A program made the translations under genes and the position numbers. From an uncultured Candidatus Entotheonella sp. (GTDB lineage Bacteria > Tectomicrobia > Entotheonellia > Entotheonellales > Entotheonellaceae), in NCBI GenBank assembly GCA_965217185.1, contig OZ244252.1, positions 3,968,001-4,032,000 on the forward strand: DNA of 64,000 nt, given 5' to 3'. This document shows positions 31,694 to 41,500 of the stretch, one piece after another (the first letter of the stretch is position 1; each line of letters begins with the position of its first letter). The notes under the pieces are model-generated. The model searched no databases. It was not told the DNA's origin and saw only the letters and a list, made by a program, of their open reading frames with translations.

Positions 31694-31773
31694 CGTCATT
31701 ACCCGCGCACGCGGGAATCCAACGCCTTTGGCCACCGAAAAACCCTTGGACTCCCGCCTTCGCGGGAGTGACG
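31694..31773. repeat. REP/RPE-like paired palindrome between nuoL2 and nuoM2
   Basis: CGTCATTACCCGCGCACGCGGGAATCCA ... TGGACTCCCGCCTTCGCGGGAGTGACG (inverted pair). Confidence 0.75.
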
Positions 31774-31834
31774 AGAATTGGCATTACCAAAAGCGGCGTC
31801 TGCGCCACGGATCAGGACATAGGGGAGCTTTTGC

Positions 31835-33490
31835 ATGGAGTACATTCTCGAACACGCAGATTACCTTCTGCCGCATCCCGACGGGGTTACGCCGCTGCTT
31901 ACCTTCATCATCTTCCTGCCGCTGCTGGGCGCCCTGGCCGCCCTGGTGATTCCCAAGACCGAAGTGAGACTGATGAAGGCGGTTGCCGTTTTCTGCACGG
32001 TGGCGACGTTCCTGCTTTCCCTGGTGGCGCTGAGCAATTTTGATGGGTCGACGCACAAGATGCAGTTGGCGGAGTACCATAGCTGGATTCCCTCCATCGG
32101 CGTCGCCTACTTCCTCGGCATCGACGGCCTGAGCATTCTGCTGGTGCTGCTCACCACCCTGCTGTCCATCCTCGTGGTGCTGTGCTCATTCAACGCCATT
32201 CACGACATGGAGAAGGCGTATTACAGCTGCCTGCTGTTCCTCGAAACCGGCATGCTGGGCGTCTTCATGGCGCTGGACTTCTTCCTGTTCTACATCTTCT
32301 GGGAGATCATGCTGGTGCCGATGTACTTCCTGATCGGCATCTGGGGGCACGGACGGAAGCTGTACTCGGCGATCAAGTTCTTCCTCTACACGCTGTTTGG
32401 CTCCGTGTTCATGCTGCTGGGCATCCTGGCGCTCTACTCCTTCAACAGCAACGGCGACTACGGCACCGGCGAACTGACGTTCAACATCATTGAGCTGATC
32501 AACAACGTGCGGGTGCCGACCGAGCCTATTTTCGTCGGGCTGTCGTCGCAGGACCTGATCTTCCTGGCGCTGTTCCTCGGCTTTGCCATCAAGGTGCCGA
32601 TGTTCCCGTTCCACACCTGGCTGCCCGACGCGCATACCGACGCGCCGACGGCCGGCAGCGTCGTGCTGGCTGGCGTGCTGCTGAAGATGGGCACCTACGG
32701 CTTCGTGCGCTTCAGCCTGCCATTGCTGCCGACGGCCAGCCACAACATGGTCGGGTTCATGGCTACGCTGGCGATCATCGGCATCCTGTACGGCGCCCTG
32801 GTGGCCATGGCGCAGCGCGACATGAAGCGCCTCATCGCGTATTCCAGCGTCAGCCACATGGGCTTCTTGATGCTCGGCATCTTCGCCCTCAACCCCGAGG
32901 GCGTGACCGGCGGCGTCATCCAGATGATCAACCACGGCATCAGCACCGGCGCGCTGTTCCTGCTGGTCGGCATCATCTACGAGCGGCGCCACACGCGCGA
33001 AATCGCGGCGTTCAGCGGCCTGGCGACGACGGTGCCCATCTTCGCAGTGTTCTTCGCCATCACCATGTTCTCGTCCATCGGCCTGCCGGGCCTGAACGGC
33101 TTCGTGGGCGAGTTCCTCATCCTCGTCGGCATGTTCAAGGCAAACGTTGCCTACGCCACGCTGGCGGTGCTCGGCATCATCCTGGGGGCGGCCTACATGC
33201 TGTGGCTCTACCAGCGCACCATGTTCGGCGAGGCCACGACGCCCGAGAACCAGACCATGAAGGACATGAACTTCCGCGAGATCGGCTACATGCTGCCGCT
33301 GGTGATCCTGATGTTCTGGATCGGCCTCTACCCGCGTCCGTACCTCAACCTGATGCGCCCGACCGTGGATCACTACGTCACCCAGATGCAGGAGCGCCAC
33401 ATGGCCGAGCGCCATGACCCGCAACGGGCGACGCGGCAGGCATCGCACGACGACGAGGCGGACATCGCCGCGCCCGCGGAGGACCGCTGA
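31835..33490 (+). CDS. nuoM: NADH-quinone oxidoreductase subunit M (copy 2)
   Basis: FPFHTWLPDAHTDAPTAGSVVLAGVLLKMG, LPGLNGFVGEF. Confidence 0.96.
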   Translation: MEYILEHADYLLPHPDGVTPLLTFIIFLPLLGALAALVIPKTEVRLMKAVAVFCTVATFLLSLVALSNFDGSTHKMQLAEYHSWIPSIGVAYFLGIDGLSILLVLLTTLLSILVVLCSFNAIHDMEKAYYSCLLFLETGMLGVFMALDFFLFYIFWEIMLVPMYFLIGIWGHGRKLYSAIKFFLYTLFGSVFMLLGILALYSFNSNGDYGTGELTFNIIELINNVRVPTEPIFVGLSSQDLIFLALFLGFAIKVPMFPFHTWLPDAHTDAPTAGSVVLAGVLLKMGTYGFVRFSLPLLPTASHNMVGFMATLAIIGILYGALVAMAQRDMKRLIAYSSVSHMGFLMLGIFALNPEGVTGGVIQMINHGISTGALFLLVGIIYERRHTREIAAFSGLATTVPIFAVFFAITMFSSIGLPGLNGFVGEFLILVGMFKANVAYATLAVLGIILGAAYMLWLYQRTMFGEATTPENQTMKDMNFREIGYMLPLVILMFWIGLYPRPYLNLMRPTVDHYVTQMQERHMAERHDPQRATRQASHDDEADIAAPAEDR

Positions 33491-33492
33491 TC

Positions 33493-34953
33493 ATGGCGAT
33501 ACCCGCTCCGCCGCTGTCTGAAGTTCTGGCTCTGTGGCCGGAAATCCTGCTTTCCGTGGCAGCTTGCGCAATGTTGGTCATCGACCTGTTGACGGGCCGC
33601 GACCGCAAGGCGGACATCGGCTGGGTGTGCCTCGGCGTCGTTGTGCTGGCACTGGTGGGCACCCTCCTGCACCCGCCGCAGGCCGGCAGCATTTTTTCCG
33701 GCATGTTTCTGGCGGACGGCTACGCGGCGTTCTTCAAGGTGCTGTTCCTGATCGCCGCCGCGTTGACCGTGCTGATATCCCTGCGCTATCTGGATGACGA
33801 GGGCATTCAGGGGGGGGAATACTACGCCCTGCTGCTGTTCGCCACCGTCGGCATGATGTTCATGGCGGGCGGCGGCGACTTCATCAGCATCTACCTGGGG
33901 CTGGAGCTGATGTCGCTGTCGACCTACGTGCTGGTAGGCTTCATCCGCCGTGATGGCGCCTCGACCGAGGGGGCGGTGAAGTACTTCCTGATGGGTGCGT
34001 TTACGTCGGGGATTCTGCTCTACGGCCTGGCGTTGCTCTACGGCCTGACCGGCAGCACCAACCTGGCGGCGGTGGCGCAGAGCCTGTCGGGTCTGTCGCT
34101 GGACAACCCGGCGCTGGTGCTGGCGACGATTTTGGTGGTGGTGGGGTTCGGCTTCAAGATCGCCGCGGTGCCGTTCCACATGTGGGTGCCCGACACCTAT
34201 GAAGGGGCGCCGACCTCCATCACGGCGTTCATGTCGTCCGCAGTTAAGGCGGCGGCCATGGCGGGTCTGGTGCGGGTGTTCATCGTCGCCCTGTTTCCCA
34301 GCGCGGAAATTTGGGAAATGCTGTGGTGGATTCTCGCCGCCCTCAGCATGATTCTCGGCAACGTGGTGGCCATCGCCCAGACAAGCCTGAAGCGCATGCT
34401 GGCCTACTCGAGCATTTCGCACGCCGGCTACGCCCTGATCGGCGTGGTGGCGGCGACGCAGGCACGCGAGGTCGGGCTGACCGGGGCGCTGTTCTACATG
34501 TTTGTGTATCTGTTCGCCACCATGGGCACCTTCAGCATGGTGATCCTGCTGACCCACCGGGGCTTCCGCAGCGACAAGATCGCCGACTTCGCCGGCCTCG
34601 GCCGCAGCGCTCCGCTGGCGGCCTTCGTCTACATCATCTTCTTCCTGTCCCTGGCGGGCATCCCGCCCACCGCCGGTTTCGTCGGCAAGCTGGTCGTCTT
34701 CCGCGCCGCCATCGAGTCCGGCTACATCGTCCTCGCTGTCATCGGCGTCGCCACTAGCGCCATCGCCGCCTATTACTACTTCATGGTCATCAAGACGATG
34801 TTCATGGAAGAGGCGGTGGTGCAACCCCAACTCTCCCCCTCCCGCCCCCTCGCCGTCGGCCTCGGCATCATGGTCGTCGCCACCGTGCTGCTCGGCCTGT
34901 TCCCTGCCGTTGTCCTCGATGCGGTCACCGAGTCGGTCAAGCTGTTGCAATAG
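33493..34953 (+). CDS. nuoN: NADH-quinone oxidoreductase subunit N (copy 2)
   Basis: EGAVKYFLMG, FKIAAVPFHMWVPDTYEGAPT, KRMLAYSSISHAGY. Confidence 0.96.
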   Translation: MAIPAPPLSEVLALWPEILLSVAACAMLVIDLLTGRDRKADIGWVCLGVVVLALVGTLLHPPQAGSIFSGMFLADGYAAFFKVLFLIAAALTVLISLRYLDDEGIQGGEYYALLLFATVGMMFMAGGGDFISIYLGLELMSLSTYVLVGFIRRDGASTEGAVKYFLMGAFTSGILLYGLALLYGLTGSTNLAAVAQSLSGLSLDNPALVLATILVVVGFGFKIAAVPFHMWVPDTYEGAPTSITAFMSSAVKAAAMAGLVRVFIVALFPSAEIWEMLWWILAALSMILGNVVAIAQTSLKRMLAYSSISHAGYALIGVVAATQAREVGLTGALFYMFVYLFATMGTFSMVILLTHRGFRSDKIADFAGLGRSAPLAAFVYIIFFLSLAGIPPTAGFVGKLVVFRAAIESGYIVLAVIGVATSAIAAYYYFMVIKTMFMEEAVVQPQLSPSRPLAVGLGIMVVATVLLGLFPAVVLDAVTESVKLLQ

Positions 34954-34958
34954 GCCCC

Positions 34959-35121
34959 TTACTTGGTGGCATCCAATTTGTTCAACTGCCCAGACCATTC
35001 CAGGATGCGCTGATCGGCGGTGACAAGCTGATGTCCGGCCAGTGCGGTGCCCACGATAATGCGGTCAGCCGGGTCACCGTTCAGGTCACGAAATCAGTGC
35101 GTGTGTATCAAGCAGAATCAT
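34959..35121 (-). pseudogene. VapC/PIN toxin with a large internal deletion
   Basis: ATGA-coupled start MILLDTHALI is joined out of frame to the C-terminal GDPADRIIVGTAL..LVTADQRIL. Confidence 0.85.
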
Positions 35122-35399
35122 GGATTCAGCACACGATGCGGATGGGTCTCGGCCTCCCATTCAACGTCAATTGGCGCCATAATGTCACCCAGCACTCTGA
35201 TCCTGCCTTGGTCTCGCCCGAATGGCGCCTTCGGTTTTGCGCGGTAAGGGGCAAGCCGTGATACGGGCCGGCCGTTCTTGGTGATAATGATCTCCTCGCC
35301 GCTTTCCGCCACTTCGTCCATAAGCTTCAGGCACTTGGCCTTGAACTCCGATGCCTTGATAGTGCGGAGTCCCGCCGGTTTATTGTCTTTCGTTGCCAC
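35118..35399 (-). CDS. Phd/YefM-family antitoxin
   Basis: IKASEFKAKCLKLMDEVAESGEEIIITKNGRPVSRLAP. Confidence 0.92.
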   Translation of the reverse strand: MATKDNKPAGLRTIKASEFKAKCLKLMDEVAESGEEIIITKNGRPVSRLAPYRAKPKAPFGRDQGRIRVLGDIMAPIDVEWEAETHPHRVLNP

Positions 35400-35444
35400 G
35401 GCTCACTCTCCATACGGCTTTGTGACGATGCCTTGACGTGGTCC

Positions 35445-35456
35445 TGACCATGGTCA
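35445..35456. promoter_or_regulatory. Probable TA autoregulatory operator
   Basis: Perfect palindrome TGACCATGGTCA ~46 bp upstream of the antitoxin start. Confidence 0.55.
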
Positions 35457-35656
35457 TAGTACCGTGATGTTCGGCCTTTGTCCTGTCGCCGTTCAGGTTG
35501 CCGTCAAAATCCGCCGGCACGGTTACCTTCGGGGCTGAGGTCATTGACCCAATTGGCTTGACGGATGGTCTCGAAGTTGCGGGGTTCGGCGACGAGGATG
35601 TTGCCGCCCTCGATCAGGAGGGATTGCAGGAGGTTTATAGCGTGTGTCTTGGGACG

Positions 35657-37210
35657 TCAACGCCTCCCGGCCCGCATCGTCCATGACGGGGAGGAGCGAG
35701 TTGACGTCCGCCGACCGATTGCCACTTGGTCCGGTGGGCCCCGATGGCCCGATATCGTCAAGGGGAAATCGTGCGCGGCGGTGATCCACTTCCAGTCCTT
35801 CGAGCAGGGCTGGCCGATTTCCCGGCACGGCCCGCCGGTCTTGAGGACGAGGGTCACGTCCCCGATGCCGTCGGGCTGGACCGTAATATCCCAAAGGGTG
35901 CCGTTACGGGTGCCGTCGCGGCGCGGCACGGGTCGCGTTCTGACGACCGTGCCGCCCGTTGTCCCCTCGAAGGCGCGCATGATCCTCAGGTAGCTGTTGT
36001 GCAACTCCGCGTTGAACCGGACGCGCACGTCAAACAGGTTTGAGCCGTCGTGCCAATCGGGCGAGTCGATGATGGTCGCCGTGACGCCGTCGGTGAGGAA
36101 CGGTATCGCCCTGTCGTTCCACGCCTTGATCCATGATCCGCTCCGCACCTCGTGGACCCAGTTCCCGACCCTCAACTCGTCCTTCGAGCAGAGCAGGTCG
36201 GGCAGGTCGCAGTGGCCGCCGGTCACAAGTCCAAGGGTCACGTCGCCGTCGCCGTCGGGCTTAATGTAGATATCCCATTCCTCTCCCTCCGGCTCTGCGC
36301 CGTCGGCGCGCCACACGCACCGAGTCTCGGTAATCGTTCCGCCGGTCGTCTCCGCCGCGAACGCGCGGGCGACCGCCTCGGCGTTGTTCTGGAGCACCTT
36401 GCTGAACCGGACGCGCACCCTGAACAGGCTCGATCCGTCATGAAACGCGGACCCGCCGACGACTTTCGCCGTGATGGCGGGAACCAGGAGGCGGACCGCC
36501 ACCTCATCGCCGTCGGACCAGTTCAGGCCCGGATTGTCCCACTCGTGTCTGCCGGGTGTTGCGCTGTAGTACCTGGAATTGTTGCTTACCGTAAATCGCG
36601 TTCCGCCCAGGTCGAATACCGCGCCGGTGGGCAATTCGTTGCTTGCGACGATGCTCAGTTGCTGGTGGGCGGGGGATATGGCGCTGCCGCTTCGTGTCCA
36701 ATAGGCGAGGCGGGAAACGGCGTAATCCATGCCGTTGAGCCTGAAGCCGTCGTTGGTGATGCCCCCCAAAGCACGTGCGCTTCTGTCAGGGTCGTATCCG
36801 TAGGTCGTGAAGGTGACGTCAGGGTTCTTGCGGGATGCCGCTTCCACCCCCACCGTGATTGTTGCGGACCACACTTCGACCCATGACGGGTCTTGGGCAT
36901 GCGCCCACAGGGTTGGCATGGTGAGGAAGACCGCCAGGAGACCGGCCGCGACGCCTGACGCCGGGAGAGAGAGCGTGCGCAAGCGTCTGACCGGCCGGTT
37001 CTGGCGGCCTCCAGAGACGGGCGCTGCCGGTACGTCGGAGGGATTGAACCTACCGGCAGAGCGCCCGCTGCGAACAGGTGGGTGGGATGAATGATTTGTG
37101 CTCAGGCCATCGTCGGATACCCGGTGGTTGATGAGACCGACGTTGTGGACCGCGGATGTCGAACCCTCTGCACCGCCAACGGCAGCCTTTGCTATCGCGT
37201 TTCTGTTCAT
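35657..37210 (-). CDS. Secreted surface protein with two Cys-containing Ig-like repeats, C-terminus probably truncated
   Basis: Extended signal region ending ..TLWAHAQ. Two repeats HDGS.LF.VRVRF..TTGGT..WDI..PDG.GDVTL.L.TGG.C. No anchor domain. Confidence 0.7.
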   Translation of the reverse strand: MNRNAIAKAAVGGAEGSTSAVHNVGLINHRVSDDGLSTNHSSHPPVRSGRSAGRFNPSDVPAAPVSGGRQNRPVRRLRTLSLPASGVAAGLLAVFLTMPTLWAHAQDPSWVEVWSATITVGVEAASRKNPDVTFTTYGYDPDRSARALGGITNDGFRLNGMDYAVSRLAYWTRSGSAISPAHQQLSIVASNELPTGAVFDLGGTRFTVSNNSRYYSATPGRHEWDNPGLNWSDGDEVAVRLLVPAITAKVVGGSAFHDGSSLFRVRVRFSKVLQNNAEAVARAFAAETTGGTITETRCVWRADGAEPEGEEWDIYIKPDGDGDVTLGLVTGGHCDLPDLLCSKDELRVGNWVHEVRSGSWIKAWNDRAIPFLTDGVTATIIDSPDWHDGSNLFDVRVRFNAELHNSYLRIMRAFEGTTGGTVVRTRPVPRRDGTRNGTLWDITVQPDGIGDVTLVLKTGGPCREIGQPCSKDWKWITAAHDFPLTISGHRGPPDQVAIGRRTSTRSSPSWTMRAGRR

Positions 37211-37275
37211 GTTCCACCTACAGCCTTGATTCCAGGTTATGTTGATAAAGTTGCTCTGGCAGGCAGGTTATTAGC

Positions 37276-37507
37276 GCATAATCCGTGCCAAATTCTTTGA
37301 GGACCGATAAGTCCTTCATGAAAAAGACGTTAGAGGATAAAGGCGGGAAAATAAAAGAATTATGTGATGCTGCAAAATGCAACGGCGAAGAAGCGCTGGC
37401 GGGGAGGCGAGAATCGTCTAACTCTATGAAATTTTGGTGCTTATGGTGTGATTTCCGGGAAAGCCGGTGGAATGTGCTGATCTGCAACACTGTTGCGCTT
37501 TGCAATA
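37276..37507 (-). promoter_or_regulatory. sigma54 promoter/enhancer cassette, copy 1
   Basis: TGGCACGGATTATGC (-24/-12), two IHF-like boxes and TGTTGC..TGCAA palindromes ~215 bp upstream. Confidence 0.75.
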
Positions 37508-37649
37508 AACGCCCGGGTCCAACAGAAAGGCCGTTGTTCCGGTGAAGCGCGTGCAAGCTGGATAGCCTAGGCAACCACAAAAATCTTGGTTTGAAAGGAT
37601 GAAAGGGGAGTGAGAGAGGGGAAGTATTGCAGACAGTGCCAAGGACCCT

Positions 37650-37962
37650 TCAGCGACCAGGCCCCGACAACTCCGAAAGCGACAGCACCAGCCGCACCAG
37701 CTCCGCCTGACGCGAGATGCCATGCTTGTCGTAGACCTGCTTCAGAAGCCAGTACACGGTGTTTGCCTGGCGGCGCGTCGCCACCGCTATGTCGCGCACC
37801 GTCTTGCCCTCGGCCAAGAGGGTCGCCACCTGGCTCTCGGAAGGCGTCAGCTCCAGGGCCGCCGCCACCAGGTCCGAGTCGATTCTCGGCCGGCTTCCCG
37901 GGTCGACCGCCAGCACCAGCGCCGCGATGGGCCTAAGGCCAAAGTCCATCTGGCGCGCGGGC
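37650..37962 (-). pseudogene. 3' fragment of a LuxR-type regulator (near-identical to 47982-48294)
   Basis: LTPSESQVATLLAEGKTVRDIA..KHGISRQAELVRLVL. The 5' two-thirds is missing and the break is at a REP-like palindrome. Confidence 0.88.
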
Positions 37963-38573
37963 TTCCAGGCCGCCAAGCGGAACCCTACGGGCAAGACGCC
38001 CGCGCTCCCAGCAAGGCGTCGCTATTCACAAACGCACGCTAGAGCATTTCCGTATCTGATTGCATCAGGGAGATATTCCCCGGCCCAGATGCCCCCCAAC
38101 CCTCTCCCACCAGGGGGGAGGGAGGAAACCCTTTGGCGTTGGAGGGCTAAATCTGCTCCCCTCCCCGCTACTCCCCGCCTTTTCACGACCCTTTCCGATC
38201 CCCCGATATCTCCTATATGGGAGGGATTACAGTTTTTCTATTCTGTGTATAATGCGCCTCCGGCGCACGAGACTCACAGACCGGTGACGACGGCGGTGCT
38301 GGCCGGCGGGTTTGGATACACGGTTGGTCACGGCAACGATGTGATCAGAGATTCTGCTGGCGGGGAAGACCGCATCCATCTCACGAACGGAGGAGCACAA
38401 CGTGTCTGGCAGGGTCAGCGCGACAGGCAATGTGACGGCAGGAAGTTCGGCTACGGGCGAGGTCGAAACTGCGAACGGCTTTGCACGTGAAGAGGAGCGG
38501 GCCATGCAGGCACGGCGCCTCAGCGGCATGTCCGGGAGGCCCTGGGCCGCCCTTCATTAGAAGGAGACCTATC

Positions 38574-41500
38574 GTGAAAAACTTAGCTTCTATCGCTTTA
38601 GCGATCGCCGTGCTCTGCGTCGCCAACTACGCTGGCGCACACGACACAAGCGGACACAACGCCAGAACTTCTCACGCAGCAAGTATACGTCACTCATGGC
38701 ACGACCACGATAAGGATAGTGATACGATATGGTTCAATTTTGCTTTTGAGGTTATAGACCCTGTTGGTAGTGACGACGGCCTCCGTGACGATGACGACAG
38801 AACCTTCGACCGCTGGAGAGACCGCGACCCAGACGTCGCAGAAGACGTAGTAGACGAAAGCGCGATCTTAGAAGACAGCCCGATCTACAACGAGGATGAG
38901 GATGATGCCGGAAGGGTAAGACAAACCTGGTATATGCCACATATTCATTGGAACCATGAGCATCCAGCGCCGGCGGCGCCGGGCGCGCCGACGGTGTCGG
39001 CGACCGCGGGCTCGACGACGAGCCTGGACGTGAGCTGGACGGCGCCGGGGAACACGGGCAAGCCGGCGATCACGAGCTATGACCTGCGCTACCGCGTGGG
39101 CAGCAGCGGAAGCTGGACCGACGGCCCGCAGGACGAGACGGGGACCACCGCGGCGATCAGCGCCCTGACGGCGGGCACCGAGTACCAGGTGCAGGTGCGC
39201 GCCAGCAACGACGAGGGCGACAGCGGCTGGTCGGCCGCCGGCACGGGTAGCACGTCCGGGCCGGCGAACAACGCGCCGGTATTTTCCGACGCCACGCTGA
39301 CGCGCAGCGTGGCGGAGAACACGGGGGCGAACCAGAACGTCGGCGCGGGGATCCCCGCGGCGATGGACGCCGACGGCGACAGCCTGACCTACACGATGGA
39401 GGGCGCGGACGCGGCCTCGTTCACGTTCGACGCGTCGGCCCGGCGGATCAAGACCAAGACGGGGGTGAGCTACGACCACGAGGCGAAGTCCAGCTACGCG
39501 GTGACGATCAGGGTCTCGGACGGCGCCGCCAGCGGCACGGTCGCCGTGACCATCGATGTGACCGACGTGAACGAGCCGCCGGAGATATCGGGGCAGGAGA
39601 GCCTCTCGTTCACCGAGAACCAGGCCACGGAGCTGGTCCTGACCACCTACACGGCGACGGACCCCGAGGACCCGAATGCCTCGATAACGCGCTGGAGCCT
39701 GACGGGTACCGACGCCGGCGACTTCACCATCGACGAGAGCGGCCAGCTGACCTTCCGGAACGTGCCGGACTACGAGCGTCCCGCCGACTCGGGCAGGGAC
39801 AACATTTACACCTTCTCGGTTCGGGCCTCCGACGGGCGGTACTACGGCTACCTGGAGGTCACCGTTACGGTGGAGGACGTGAACGAGCCTCCGGCGGTGA
39901 CGGGCACCGACACCTTCACCTACAGGGAGAACGGCACGGCAACGCTGCACACCTTCCGGGTCACGGACCCCGAAGGGAGCAGTATCGAATGGTCGCTGTC
40001 GGGGCCCGACGACGACGACTTCGCCATCAGTGAGACGGGCGTGCTCAGCTTCGCCAGCCCCCCGAACTACGAGAGCCCCACCGACTCGGGCAGTGACAAC
40101 GTCTACGAGGTGACGGTGGAGGCCCGTGACGACGGCTCCAACTCCGGCACGCTGGAGGTGGTGGTCACCGTGACGGACGTGGACGAGGGTCCGGAGATAT
40201 CGGGGCGGCAGAGCCTCTCGTTCACGGAGAACCAGGCCACGGACCGGGTGCTGGCCACCTACACGGCGACGGACCCCGAGGACCCGAGTGCCTCGATAAC
40301 GCGCTGGAGCCTGACGGGAACCGATGCCGGGGACTTCGCCATCAGTGAGACGGGCGTGCTCAGCTTCGCCAGCCCCCCGAACCACGAGAACCCCAACGAC
40401 TCGGGCAGGGACAACGTCTACAACCTGTCGGTGCGGGCCTCCGACGGGCGGTACTACGGCTACCTGGAGGTGACGGTCACCGTCACGGACGAGGACGAGC
40501 TACCGGTGGTCACGGGCACGATTACCTTCACCTATAGGGAGAACGGCACGGCCGCCCTGCACACCTTCCGGGCCACGGACCCCGAAGGGAGCAGTATCGA
40601 ATGGTCGCTGTCGGGGCCCGACGGCGACGACTTCGCCATCAGTGAGACGGGCGTGCTCAGCTTCGCCAGCCCCCCGAACTACGAGAGCCCCAACGACTCG
40701 GGAAGGGACAACGTCTACAACCTGTCGGTGCGGGCCTCCGACGGGCGGTACTACGGCTACCTGGAGGTCACCGTTACGGTGGAGGACGTGAACGAGCCGC
40801 CGGCGGTGACGGGCACCAGCACCTTCACCTACAGGGAGAACGGCACGGCCGCCCTGCACACCTTCCGGGCCACGGACCCCGAAGGGAGCAGTATCGAATG
40901 GTCGCTGTCGGGGCCCGACGCCGGCGACTTCACCATCAGTGAGACGGGCGTGCTCAGCTTCGCCAGCCCCCCGAACTACGAGAGCCCCACCGACTCGGGC
41001 AGTGACAACGTCTACGCGGTGACGGTGGTGGCCCGTGACGACGCCTCCAACTCCGGCACCCTGGACGTGGTGGTAACCGTAACCGACCAGAACGAGGGGC
41101 CGGAGATATCGGGGCAGCAGAGCCTCTCGTTCACGGAGAACCAGGCCACGGACCGGGTGCTGGCCACCTACACGGCGACGGACCCTGAGGACCCGAGTGC
41201 CTCGATAACGCGCTGGAGCCTGACGGGTACCGACGCCGGGGACTTCACCATCGACGAGAGCGGCCAGCTGACCTTCCGGAACGTGCCGGACCACGAGCGT
41301 CCCGCCGACTCGGGCAGGGACAACGTCTACAACCTGTCGGTGCGGGCCTCCGACGGGCGGTACTACGGCTACCTGGAGGTCACCGTTACGGTGGAGGACG
41401 TGAACGAGCCGCCGGCGGTGACGGGCACCAGCACCTTCACCTACAGGGAGAACGGCACGGCCGCCCTGCACACCTTCCGGGCCACGGACCCCGAAGGGAG

